IMG/VR virus record: IMGVR_UViG_3300046692_000091
Location: 124,001-188,000 of that record
Direction: 5' to 3' (one strand)
DNA length: 64,000 nt
The position numbers and the translations under genes were made by a program. Positions 30,158 through 39,305 of this stretch are shown here, one piece after another (within the stretch, counting starts at the first letter, position 1; each line of letters starts with the position of its first letter). The notes beneath the pieces are model-generated. The model was not told the origin of the DNA. It ran no database searches and saw nothing but the letters and a program-made list of their open reading frames with translations.

Positions 30158-31092
30158 TTCGCGTTCGTTATGGTTACAGTCATAGTTCTTCGACGATGCC
30201 TGTTGAAATGAAACACATGCCGGGTGGTGAACTCCACCCAACGCTTGACACGGATCACTTGAATGCCAGCGAGTACACCATCTACGCCGACACCAAGAGC
30301 TCGGATGATCTGTTTGGTATTGCTCTGGTAGCTAACGCTATCCGCCGTAATGCCGAAGTACCAATCAAAGCACTCTCTCTGGTAATTGGTTATGTGCCTT
30401 ATGCACGCCAAGACCGTATTGTTGGTGGTGAAGGTGAGGCACTATCGATCGAAGTGATGGCCGACTTCATCAACATGCTGAACTTCGATGCAGTGATCAT
30501 TGCAGATCCCCACAGCGATACAACTCCGGCTTTGATCCGTAATGCTAAGGTCATGTCCCAGGAAATGATCTTCAGTGAATTCCTGATCCGCGAAACGGCA
30601 GACTTCGATACCCGTGAGATTGCTTACGTGCCATCTGAGTACATCCTGGTTTCCCCAGATGCTGGTGCGATCAAGAAGACCGAGAAGCTGGCTACTAAGT
30701 TCGGCTTTAAAGGTGTAGCGTACGCTAACAAAACACGCAATACCCGTACCGGTAAGATCACTGGTTGTACTGTGGACCGATTGGTTTTGGATGGTGAACC
30801 AGCAATGATAAGTCAACTACAAGGCGAGAAGCTTTTAGTAGTTGACGATATCTGTGATGGTGGTTATACATTTATCCAATTGGCCGAAGTGTTGAATACC
30901 TACAGCCCAGCTAGTTTGGAACTGTACGTCACTCACGGTATCTTCTCTAAAGGTCTCGAGCCGTTGTATAAAGCGGGTTACACTCGTGTTGTTACTACCA
31001 ATGCTTATGGCATGGAAGGTAGCACTGAGCTGTATGCGCTTGAGAAAGAAGAAAAGAAAGCACTCAAATTCGTAAAAATCGATATTGCCTAA
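30154..31092 (+). CDS. prs: Ribose-phosphate pyrophosphokinase-like protein (candidate Adps of NARP1)
   Basis: YVPYARQDR, DPHS, VSPDAGA, VVDDICDGGYTF, THGIFS. Confidence 0.9.
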   Translation: MIRVRYGYSHSSSTMPVEMKHMPGGELHPTLDTDHLNASEYTIYADTKSSDDLFGIALVANAIRRNAEVPIKALSLVIGYVPYARQDRIVGGEGEALSIEVMADFINMLNFDAVIIADPHSDTTPALIRNAKVMSQEMIFSEFLIRETADFDTREIAYVPSEYILVSPDAGAIKKTEKLATKFGFKGVAYANKTRNTRTGKITGCTVDRLVLDGEPAMISQLQGEKLLVVDDICDGGYTFIQLAEVLNTYSPASLELYVTHGIFSKGLEPLYKAGYTRVVTTNAYGMEGSTELYALEKEEKKALKFVKIDIA

Positions 31093-31101
31093 GGATTCAA
31101 A

Positions 31102-32916
31102 ATGTCAATGTTTCTCAACGCTGGTACCGCTACTGACTTCTACAAACCTGGCCACGGTCCACTGTATCCAGAAGGCACTACCCGTAAGTACTCCAACTTC
31201 ACCCCACGCTCGGCGAAGAACTTCCTGCGTTCCAAAAGCTGCTCGGCTTACTATGATAACAAAGTAGTAAACTTCGGCCTGTATGGTACCTGGCAAGAAC
31301 TGGTTGACCTGTGGGATAAAACCTTCTTCCAAGTTTCGAAGAAGAAAGCAATCGCCTTCATCAAACGTCGTTTTGATAATGGCACTGGTCCTGATGTTAT
31401 CACAACTGCTCAAATCGCTGCACTCCACGATGTCGGCTTCCTGCCGGTAACTGTGTTGTCCATCGAAGAAGGTAACCGTGTCGATATCGGCATTCCTCTG
31501 TGGGTTATCTATAACTCCGAAGAATACCCAGAACACTACTGGCTGGTTAACTACCTGGAAACCATCACCAGTTCGTACAACTGGCAGTCGATCACCAACG
31601 CAACCATCGCCTACGAATATCGTCGTCTGTGCGAGATCTGGGCTGCTAAGACCTGTGATAACAATGACCACGTTAAAATCCAAGGTCATGACTTCTCGTT
31701 CCGTGGCATGCCTGGTCCAGAAGCTGCTGGTCGTTCTAACGCGGGCCACTTGGCTTCGTTCTGGGGTACTGATACTATCCCGGCAATCGATTACATCGAA
31801 CGCCTGTATAACGCCAACTCTGATAAAGAAGTCCTGGGTGTATCGGTTACTGCTACTGAACACGCCGTTGCTACTGCGAATATCCTGTCTCGCCTGAAGC
31901 ACAAGATCCGTGCTCTGCCTGCCGACACTGTTATCTCCGGTGAAATGATCGATCTGCTCAAACTCGAATGCGAGCGTGAGTACATCCTGGAAATCATCCT
32001 GGTAAAAGTGAAGAAGGGTATCATCTCCCTGGTTTGCGATTCCTTCGACTTCTGGAGTGTTATCGAACACGTACTGCCTTCGCTCCGTAAGGAAATCGAA
32101 AGCCGTATCGTGAACGAACTCGGTCTGGCTAAAGTAGTTGTACGTCCTGACTCGGGTAATCCGGTACACGTGATCTGTGGTTTCAAAATCATGGGTGAGT
32201 TCGCTGACATTGCTGCATTCTCGAAGCATGTCTACGACAACGGTACTTTCGAACTGGGTATGTACGAAGCTGTGAAGATTGGTGATGTTTACCATGAACT
32301 GCAGAATACTACTTGGACTAGCTGCTCTATCGAAGACTTCCTGGGTCGTGAGATGAAGCGGGTAGAAGCAATCGGTGCGATCGAATCCCTGTGGGAATCT
32401 TTCGGTGGTCACACTAACACCAAAGGCTATAAAGTACTGAACTCGTACATCGGTCTGATCTATGGTGACTCGATCACTGTTGAACGTACCGAACAGATCT
32501 TCCAACGTCTGGCTGATAAAGGCTTCGCTTCGTCGAACGTTGTTCTGGGTATCGGTTCGTTTACTTATCAGTACAACACTCGTGATACCTTCGGCATGGC
32601 CATGAAGGCAACTGCGTGTGAAGTGCAGGATGAACTGATCGAGCTGTACAAAGATCCGAAGACCGCTGCATCCAAGAAGTCCGCTAAAGGCTTCCTGCGT
32701 GTACTGAAAGACGAGAACGGCAAATATACACTCGAACAAGAAGTGGAAATGGATTGGAAAGATCTGTTCTACGGTTCGGGTGAACTGAAGCCTCTGTTCC
32801 ACAACGGTAAGTTCCAGCGTGCTGAACATTTCGGTGATGTACGTAGTCGCATTGACTCTACTTTCGTAGTAGCTAATGACGATGACGGTTTCGACCCAGT
32901 CGAAGAAGCGGCATAA
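31102..32916 (+). CDS. nadV: Nicotinamide phosphoribosyltransferase-like protein (candidate Namat of NARP1)
   Basis: TDFYKPGH, HDFSFRGM, F.GTDT, ATEH, DSFDFW, VRPDSG, LIYGDSIT, RDTFG.AMKAT. Confidence 0.92.
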   Translation: MSMFLNAGTATDFYKPGHGPLYPEGTTRKYSNFTPRSAKNFLRSKSCSAYYDNKVVNFGLYGTWQELVDLWDKTFFQVSKKKAIAFIKRRFDNGTGPDVITTAQIAALHDVGFLPVTVLSIEEGNRVDIGIPLWVIYNSEEYPEHYWLVNYLETITSSYNWQSITNATIAYEYRRLCEIWAAKTCDNNDHVKIQGHDFSFRGMPGPEAAGRSNAGHLASFWGTDTIPAIDYIERLYNANSDKEVLGVSVTATEHAVATANILSRLKHKIRALPADTVISGEMIDLLKLECEREYILEIILVKVKKGIISLVCDSFDFWSVIEHVLPSLRKEIESRIVNELGLAKVVVRPDSGNPVHVICGFKIMGEFADIAAFSKHVYDNGTFELGMYEAVKIGDVYHELQNTTWTSCSIEDFLGREMKRVEAIGAIESLWESFGGHTNTKGYKVLNSYIGLIYGDSITVERTEQIFQRLADKGFASSNVVLGIGSFTYQYNTRDTFGMAMKATACEVQDELIELYKDPKTAASKKSAKGFLRVLKDENGKYTLEQEVEMDWKDLFYGSGELKPLFHNGKFQRAEHFGDVRSRIDSTFVVANDDDGFDPVEEAA

Positions 32917-32918
32917 TC

Positions 32919-32944
32919 GGACGGGGACCTTCGGGTCCCCATCC
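32919..32944 (+). terminator. Intrinsic terminator
   Basis: ggggacc-ttcg-ggtcccc plus T tract. Confidence 0.85.
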
Positions 32945-32970
32945 TATTTTCTTTTTTGTCGGAGTAAACA

Positions 32971-33585
32971 ATGATCTGCTGTCAAAATTGTAATGTTGAT
33001 GCTGTTAGTCCTCAGCGTTCAGAAGTAAATGCATCCATCCGCTTTGATGCAACTGATGCCCCTAATCCAGCATTGATCGGCAAGAATCTCCGCTTGGTTA
33101 ATGGTACGTTGTTCACTCGTGATGGCGCAATGCCTAAAGGCGGCTTTCGTGTTGAGATGATTACTACTGGTGCAAAGCATCGTATCTCGATCTACCGCAT
33201 GACCTTACCTTTCGATGAGTTGATGCTGATCCTACAATTCGATGAAACGGTTGGTGAAGTACAAGTCAGACAGTTCGCAAATGTCGAACCACTGGTACAA
33301 CTCCATCTGGAGATGACCAAAGAATTCGTGGAAGAAAAACTCTACCAAGAACTAGCACCATTGGTATACCGTGTACCTTCACGTGCAGCTATGCTCCAAC
33401 TCTTCGAGCATCGTAAATTGTCAGGCCGTGTTCTGGAGGCAGCCGAAGTACAAATCCAAACCAATAACCGGACAGGTAACTGGCCGATGATGGCAATATT
33501 CCATCAGAATCTCCTCGGTGTTGAGACGCGAAATTCTCCTGTTATTAATATTCCTGATTGGAGAAATAACGCAGCTTGGCAATAA
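32971..33585 (+). CDS. Hypothetical protein
   Basis: 204 aa, SD ggag. Confidence 0.8.
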   Translation: MICCQNCNVDAVSPQRSEVNASIRFDATDAPNPALIGKNLRLVNGTLFTRDGAMPKGGFRVEMITTGAKHRISIYRMTLPFDELMLILQFDETVGEVQVRQFANVEPLVQLHLEMTKEFVEEKLYQELAPLVYRVPSRAAMLQLFEHRKLSGRVLEAAEVQIQTNNRTGNWPMMAIFHQNLLGVETRNSPVINIPDWRNNAAWQ

Positions 33586-33609
33586 TGTGTAATTAACCGG
33601 AGAGCTTTA

Positions 33610-35034
33610 ATGAAAGAATATTTGTCCATGCAGCAAGAAGTACTGGAACGAGGCGTGCCGAAAGGTGACCGCACTGGTACTGGTACTATTTCTTGCCCTG
33701 GTGTTAGTCGTGTATATGACATCAGCGATAATCGGTTGGCTGCAACGTCTACCAAAAAGATTCACATCAAGACAGGTCAGGTTGAAGAAGACTGGATGTT
33801 GTCAGGTGATACCCGACTGAAGTTCCTGAAAGACAACAACTGCAACATCTGGGACGAATGGGTTCTGAAAGGTACCGGTATCTATCGTAATCGTACGGTC
33901 AAAGAAATGCGTCGAGTTTATACTCGTAACCATTTCGGTTGGTCTAAACCAGTCGTTCTAGATATCGGTTGTGACCCAGAGAACACAGAAGTCTGGAATA
34001 AGGTTGCAGAAACAGAGGACTTCGAAGTCTGGGCATGGGACGTAACTAAAGGCATCGGCATTAAACCACATCATGGCATTCGGGATAAGTCCAAGGATAG
34101 TCTGAATTGGATGAACTGGCAAAACCCAGAAGATCCTATTTGGCTTCAGTTCTACTCTGCTCTGGGTATCTCTGATCTGGAAGTAATGGACGGAGAACTC
34201 GGTAAGGTATACGGGGCAATGTTCCGTAGTATCGAAGACACCCGTATCGATAGTGGTGGGGGTGTTAATGAGAAAGAATGGACAGACCGTGGATTCTCTT
34301 GGGAAGGTATGTTAGGTGATGGCCGATCGGTGTATACGCGTAAGATCGATCAGGTTGCTAAACTACTGTATGATCTGGAGCATAACCCAGATTCTCGTCG
34401 TTTGATTCTGTGTCCATGGAACCCAGCATATGTAGATGAACAAGCATTGCCTCCTTGCCATTCATTCATCCAGTTCTGGACGCGTGAGATGACTTCCGAG
34501 CAACGTTACCATGTCTATTGTAAGCAGTATGACCGTGAGCAAAAAGAGTTGCTTGACGACATTGCTAAACGTAGTCGTGCCGACATTTATACTGCGCATG
34601 CTCCATATCCGTTGTCATGCTTTGCTGAAGTCGACGACCGTGGTACTTTCTTCGATCATTATAAGCTGCATGCTTATCTAGATGAGCTTGATGTTCCACG
34701 TCGTGCTTTGACATGCATTGTTTATATGCGGTCTAACGATGTGTTCTTGGGTGCACCGTATAACCTCACGTTCTATTCTTCACTAACGCACAAGCTGGCT
34801 CACCAGTTTAACATGTACGGTGAGAAACTGGTTCACTTCGTAGGTGATGCACATATCTACCAGAACCATTTGGATCAAGTTGCCGAACAACAAGCTCGTA
34901 CACCTGACCGTGATATGCCTCGACTGAAGATCAATGTTCCGAAAGGTACTTCGATTCTCGACATGACGTTCCAAGATCTGGAAGTGATCGGTTATAACCC
35001 ACAGCCTGCTATTGAAGCACCTGTAGCTGTTTAA
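33610..35034 (+). CDS. thyA: Thymidylate synthase with two large insertions
   Basis: DRTGTGT, IWDEW, ELGKVYG, SRRLI...WNP, LPPCH, RSNDVFLGAPYN, GDAHIY.NH. Confidence 0.95.
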   Translation: MKEYLSMQQEVLERGVPKGDRTGTGTISCPGVSRVYDISDNRLAATSTKKIHIKTGQVEEDWMLSGDTRLKFLKDNNCNIWDEWVLKGTGIYRNRTVKEMRRVYTRNHFGWSKPVVLDIGCDPENTEVWNKVAETEDFEVWAWDVTKGIGIKPHHGIRDKSKDSLNWMNWQNPEDPIWLQFYSALGISDLEVMDGELGKVYGAMFRSIEDTRIDSGGGVNEKEWTDRGFSWEGMLGDGRSVYTRKIDQVAKLLYDLEHNPDSRRLILCPWNPAYVDEQALPPCHSFIQFWTREMTSEQRYHVYCKQYDREQKELLDDIAKRSRADIYTAHAPYPLSCFAEVDDRGTFFDHYKLHAYLDELDVPRRALTCIVYMRSNDVFLGAPYNLTFYSSLTHKLAHQFNMYGEKLVHFVGDAHIYQNHLDQVAEQQARTPDRDMPRLKINVPKGTSILDMTFQDLEVIGYNPQPAIEAPVAV

Positions 35035-35043
35035 CAACATAAG

Positions 35044-35061
35044 GCCTCCCATTGGGGAGGC
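35044..35061 (+). terminator. Intrinsic terminator
   Basis: gcctccc-attg-gggaggc plus tttt. Confidence 0.8.
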
Positions 35062-35080
35062 TTTTATATCGGAGTTTCAA

Positions 35081-35338
35081 ATGCAACAGAATATAATTGT
35101 AGCAGTAAGCTATCCGGTTGTAAGTAAAGACAGCGTAAAGTTTGTTCATTCAATCAACAATGATGAGGGTACGATTACCTTCGTCTCTGTCGATACTCCT
35201 GATAAAGCACAACTTTTTGGTGGCGAAGTAGGGGCGGTTGCAGAGTTCTTAAACTACCATGTTAAACCTAATCTGGAAAATACATGGAAGTTCAATTCTG
35301 TTGACATAAACAAAATCAAACCAGAGGAGGCAGCATGA
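35081..35338 (+). CDS. Hypothetical protein
   Basis: 85 aa, SD ggag. Confidence 0.8.
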   Translation: MQQNIIVAVSYPVVSKDSVKFVHSINNDEGTITFVSVDTPDKAQLFGGEVGAVAEFLNYHVKPNLENTWKFNSVDINKIKPEEAA

Positions 35339-35850
35339 CCTTTCGCCGTGAACTGAGTATTGAAGAACGCTGTGCATTTGCTAACCTGCTGACCGATCAG
35401 CGGTTGACTGATATCCCGTCACGTTATACCCCTACAAGCATTCGTTCACTTGGGGTATTTACTAAAGATGGCATGACGGTCGAAGCCATGCATGCGCGGC
35501 TGGATGAGACAGATGTTCCTCGTTATACTGACAACCCATACCCAGAATTTGAAGTGGGGGATTACATTCAATCCAACAATGCCCGGCTGTATGCAATCCA
35601 ATTGCAAGACAATGGCAGTCTCAAGTATACCCATCATGGCTATATCGAAACTATGTTGGCCAAGTCATTGCTTGGACACTTGGTAAAAGAAGGCGATAAT
35701 TTGGTGTATCGTCGTGTGGATGAAGATGAACAAGTACTCTTGACGATTCGTCCAGGTGACTTCTTGGTTCGCCGTATGGCAGATATGAAAACCTATGCCT
35801 ATTGGTTGCCTGCCCGTGATGGGGAAGGCGTAGACACAGTGGAGGAATAA
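35335..35850 (+). CDS. Chimeric hypothetical protein (N-terminus resembles ThyA insertion)
   Basis: RRELSIEER...HARLDETDVPR versus ThyA TREMTSEQR...HAYLDELDVPR. Confidence 0.75.
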   Translation: MTFRRELSIEERCAFANLLTDQRLTDIPSRYTPTSIRSLGVFTKDGMTVEAMHARLDETDVPRYTDNPYPEFEVGDYIQSNNARLYAIQLQDNGSLKYTHHGYIETMLAKSLLGHLVKEGDNLVYRRVDEDEQVLLTIRPGDFLVRRMADMKTYAYWLPARDGEGVDTVEE

Positions 35851-36270
35851 ATGCGTCAAATAAAAATCGAGCTATCCAAGAAATCAGAAGGTTTTAAAGA
35901 AGCTCTTGAAGCATACATCAAAAAGAATTCAGTCTCAGGAATGCTGGTAGAGTTCGGCACCCCTGATCTGACCCCATACAAGGACGCCAAACGTCGTGGG
36001 TGGCGGTTACGACAAGTGAACCCAGCGAATGTATGCGCTGTGCTTAAAAGCCCCGTATACAACGAATCTGACAATACGTATATCTTTACGGTGCATCCGG
36101 ATGGTGGACGGCGCGATGTACTGGATGCTTATAATGAAGAGCTCATGATAGGTACCCGACTGATGAAAGATAAAGATGGCATGGTAATTGAAATTATGCA
36201 AATCGATTTCATCCTGGCCAATAACCACGTTGACGTCGAACATGAAGAAGTAGGGAAAAGAAAGAAATGA
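35851..36270 (+). CDS. Hypothetical protein
   Basis: 139 aa, SD ggagg. Confidence 0.8.
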   Translation: MRQIKIELSKKSEGFKEALEAYIKKNSVSGMLVEFGTPDLTPYKDAKRRGWRLRQVNPANVCAVLKSPVYNESDNTYIFTVHPDGGRRDVLDAYNEELMIGTRLMKDKDGMVIEIMQIDFILANNHVDVEHEEVGKRKK

Positions 36271-36542
36271 ATACGTTGCTTAAAATCTGTATCATCTTGT
36301 GCTTTCAGTTGTATTGGTTGCTGGCCTGGCCATTCATGAAACGTACTCGTTACCTCACCACAGCCGGTAAGTTGAACCGTATTCCGAATATGGGTACCGG
36401 TTGCAGCGAGATCGTTAAGCTGTTGAATCGGGACTATGGCGCTGAGATGCAGATTGAAGTAACGGCTAGTCCGCGCTTCCGTTATGATCGTTTCCGCTGG
36501 ACATTCCGTTTCTGCGATTGCACCATCCGCGTTACCGAATAA
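36267..36542 (+). CDS. Hypothetical protein with N-terminal TM
   Basis: 91 aa, coupled start. Confidence 0.65.
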   Translation: MNTLLKICIILCFQLYWLLAWPFMKRTRYLTTAGKLNRIPNMGTGCSEIVKLLNRDYGAEMQIEVTASPRFRYDRFRWTFRFCDCTIRVTE

Positions 36543-36612
36543 AAATATACCCGTGTTGATTATTGATTGCGATGAAGTCTGTCGCTTTCAATATCTCACG
36601 AGGTGTATTTCA

Positions 36613-37995
36613 ATGACTCAAGAAGTTGCTGTATCTGTCGAAGTTGTAACTCCACCAGTAGTGGAAGCTGTTGTTGTAAAAGAAATCAAAGAAGGTTTCG
36701 GTGTTGTAGAGAAAGACCGGAAACTTGCACGTATCGTTGTAATTGATGATGTCGTTAAGCATCCTAATGCTGACGCTCTGGAACTGGCTGTTATTGGTGG
36801 CTGGCAGCTCTGCGTTAAAATTGGCGAATACAAGAAAGGTGATCGTGCAGTCTACTGTGAAATCGACTCTCTGCTCCCACTGTCTAACGTAGAACTGTTC
36901 GGCTTCCTGGAAGAACGCCGTTCCGATAACCGTCGTGTAAATGGTGTGAACTTTCACCGTCTGAAAACCATCAAGCTGCGTAAAGAACTTTCGCAAGGTC
37001 TGCTGGTGCCAGTTCCTGCTAAGTTCAAAGATGCTCCGGTTGATACTAACCTGACTATCGAACTTGGTATCCTGAAATACGAAGCCCGTGCACCTATGGA
37101 ACCTGGTTCGAAAGAAACCCGTGGTTCGGATTGGTACTCGCGTTTGGTTCGACGTATCCTGGGTAATATTGGCGGTACTCTGCTGCCATGGCCTACTCAG
37201 CTGATGAAGTCTGACCAAGATCGCGTACAGAACAAAACTGTTGCTTTCGCTGTGGCTCAAGAAGAAGGTGAAGAATTCGAAGTTACCTTCAAGCTCGACG
37301 GCCAGTCGATGACAGTCTTCTGCATCGATGATAACGGTATCCGTACTGGTGTCTGCTCCCGTAACTACGAACTGGGTATTGGCGGTGGTCAATGGACATT
37401 CGCTGAACAGATCCGTTACTGGGTTGGTACTTTCCTGGCTCGTAACCGTAAGATCATCTCCTGGAAGAAAACCAAGGATGAAGAAGGTAACTTCAAGCTT
37501 AAGGTTCGCTGGAACGGTGTGAACATCCCTGAGTGGAAAGCCAAAACTGAAGGTGGCGATAACAACTATACCCGTACTGTTGCTAAGTACGACATCATCG
37601 AGAAGCTGAAAGCCTACCAAGCACGTACTGGTGAATTCATCAGCCTGCAAGGCGAACAGATCGGTCCTGACATTCAGTCTGGTTTCGAAGGCGTAGAAGA
37701 ACACGAGTATCATGTCTTCAACGTATACCGCAATGGTAACGAAGAAGTCCTGCCAGAAGAAGCACGTAAGATTGTTGCTGAACTTGGTCTGACTTACGTC
37801 CCAGTGATGCATGAACGTTTCAAGATCCCTGCAGAATTCACTGTTAAGGATATCCTGGCTATGGCCGAAGGTCAACGTGCTTTCAACCAGAAGAAAGGTA
37901 CTTACCGTGAAGGTATCGTGTTCAAGTCGCTGAAACGAGTAATGTCGTGGAAAGCTATCTCGAATGCTTACCTCTGTAAGAAAGCTGACGAATAA
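36613..37995 (+). CDS. RNA ligase (N-terminal OB-fold, DRB0094-like)
   Basis: HPNADALE OB motif, SQGL, KLDG, LQGEQIGPDIQ, REGIVFK, KAISNAYL; SD gaggtg. Confidence 0.88.
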   Translation: MTQEVAVSVEVVTPPVVEAVVVKEIKEGFGVVEKDRKLARIVVIDDVVKHPNADALELAVIGGWQLCVKIGEYKKGDRAVYCEIDSLLPLSNVELFGFLEERRSDNRRVNGVNFHRLKTIKLRKELSQGLLVPVPAKFKDAPVDTNLTIELGILKYEARAPMEPGSKETRGSDWYSRLVRRILGNIGGTLLPWPTQLMKSDQDRVQNKTVAFAVAQEEGEEFEVTFKLDGQSMTVFCIDDNGIRTGVCSRNYELGIGGGQWTFAEQIRYWVGTFLARNRKIISWKKTKDEEGNFKLKVRWNGVNIPEWKAKTEGGDNNYTRTVAKYDIIEKLKAYQARTGEFISLQGEQIGPDIQSGFEGVEEHEYHVFNVYRNGNEEVLPEEARKIVAELGLTYVPVMHERFKIPAEFTVKDILAMAEGQRAFNQKKGTYREGIVFKSLKRVMSWKAISNAYLCKKADE

Positions 37996-38000
37996 TCGTA

Positions 38001-38020
38001 GGCGGACCTTCGGGTCCGTT
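38001..38020 (+). terminator. Intrinsic terminator
   Basis: ggcggacc-ttcg-ggtccgtt. Confidence 0.8.
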
Positions 38021-38037
38021 TATGCCATGGTGATAAG

Positions 38038-38397
38038 ATGATCTACGACTTAATTGGTAATCAGGTTCACTCTGCACCAAGAACCACGCAAGTTAAATAC
38101 ATAGAAGGAAAGAACGTGACTGAGTTTTATACCAGAGGTAATGGGCGTGAAGTAACCGCAGTAATGAATGCTTTGGCCCCAGATAAGTTTTCATGTATTC
38201 AGGAAGTCATTGCTTGCATGAAAACGGGTGCTACTGATACCTACCGTGTATCGATCACACAGAAGCGTTCATTCTGGAGCGGACGTATATACGAGTACGC
38301 CATTGTTCGGGACTACTTGGATAACCATGTCTTCGAATCAAAACGTCAGGTCGCCCATAAACCCAAACCGTTTAACATAGCCCAAGTTATCGGCTAA
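38038..38397 (+). CDS. Hypothetical protein
   Basis: 119 aa. Confidence 0.7.
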   Translation: MIYDLIGNQVHSAPRTTQVKYIEGKNVTEFYTRGNGREVTAVMNALAPDKFSCIQEVIACMKTGATDTYRVSITQKRSFWSGRIYEYAIVRDYLDNHVFESKRQVAHKPKPFNIAQVIG

Positions 38398-38415
38398 TAA
38401 AAAAGAGATCTAACC

Positions 38416-38532
38416 GTGAAACGTTTCCTGACCATTGCCTTCTCCGTGCTCATTGGTAGTATCCTCGTAACAGGTACTCTCGTTCAACTGCAACTGACCG
38501 TTGTCAAAAATCATCAACTGGAATCGAAATGA
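38416..38532 (+). CDS. Small single-TM protein (38 aa)
   Basis: GTG start, MKRFLTIAFSVLIGSILV..., ATGA-coupled to next gene. Confidence 0.55.
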   Translation: MKRFLTIAFSVLIGSILVTGTLVQLQLTVVKNHQLESK

Positions 38533-38819
38533 ACAAGCTTTATACTCTCGCTTTTGCTTCTCTGATTTCATCGTGTGCCGCTACACCGTCTTATGCTACA
38601 CCTGTCCCTGTACCAGAATTACGTGGTGAGCTGATCGCCACTCGTTGCTTTGTTGCTGATGACAAGATTAGCCCAGTAGATTGTCTTGCCGTAGTGGACA
38701 TCGGCAATCGTCCGAAAGCTTTCGCTACTGACAAGAAAGACTACTCCAACCTAGTTGGTGAAACCGTAGTTGTGGTTAGTCAGGGTAATGGGTTTAACGA
38801 TATCGTCTCCAGCAAATAA
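38529..38819 (+). CDS. Putative lipoprotein
   Basis: Lipobox-like ISSC; paralogous to 39972. Confidence 0.65.
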   Translation: MNKLYTLAFASLISSCAATPSYATPVPVPELRGELIATRCFVADDKISPVDCLAVVDIGNRPKAFATDKKDYSNLVGETVVVVSQGNGFNDIVSSK

Positions 38820-38828
38820 GGTTATCTC

Positions 38829-39305
38829 GTGACAGATCCAAGACAGCAAGAAATAGATTGCATCGAACTCATGCGTGACCGGTTGATCAAAGAACCACAT
38901 AACTGGCGTGGTACTGTGTTGGAAGAATCCAGTTGGTACAAGCTGCTAGTGGGTGAACTGGATCTTACTGAGTTCACAGTAGCATTTCGCTACTTGCTCA
39001 GTTATTGGGATAAACGTCGACTTAATGTTGGCGGCATCATGAAAATGGAAACCTATATTCGCTTGTGGAATTGCCTATCGGATGACGCTAAACAACAATG
39101 GCCTGATATCGATATCAAGGTGCATCAGTTTGTCGGTCGTCCAGAATGTGCGATCCATGTCCTGCAGGATATAATGCGTGGCCCTACTGACATCAGTACT
39201 TACCTGGATCAATTTCTGCGCGATGATGTCGGTTCTACCTTCCGCTGGGTACAAGGTATCCAAAGAGCAAAAGTAACACGCCAACTCAATAAGGAAGCAG
39301 CATGA
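38829..39305 (+). CDS. Hypothetical protein
   Basis: 158 aa, GTG start. Confidence 0.75.
   Translation: MTDPRQQEIDCIELMRDRLIKEPHNWRGTVLEESSWYKLLVGELDLTEFTVAFRYLLSYWDKRRLNVGGIMKMETYIRLWNCLSDDAKQQWPDIDIKVHQFVGRPECAIHVLQDIMRGPTDISTYLDQFLRDDVGSTFRWVQGIQRAKVTRQLNKEAA

Noticed and set aside
31105-32829. 574-aa antisense ORF
   Set aside because: Exact codon shadow of the Nampt-like gene; no SD, promoter or protein-like motifs
33610-35034. Intein or intron in ThyA (also checked ligase and helicase)
   Set aside because: Frames are uninterrupted; insertions are short and lack Cys/Ser...His-Asn splice ends or endonuclease motifs
36610-37875. 421-aa antisense ORF
   Set aside because: Shadow of the RNA ligase caused by sense-strand codon bias
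39289-39305. aaggaagcagc resembling the SRP RNA conserved loop
   Set aside because: Lies in coding sequence; explained by SD plus KEAA plus ATGA overlap; no SRP stem
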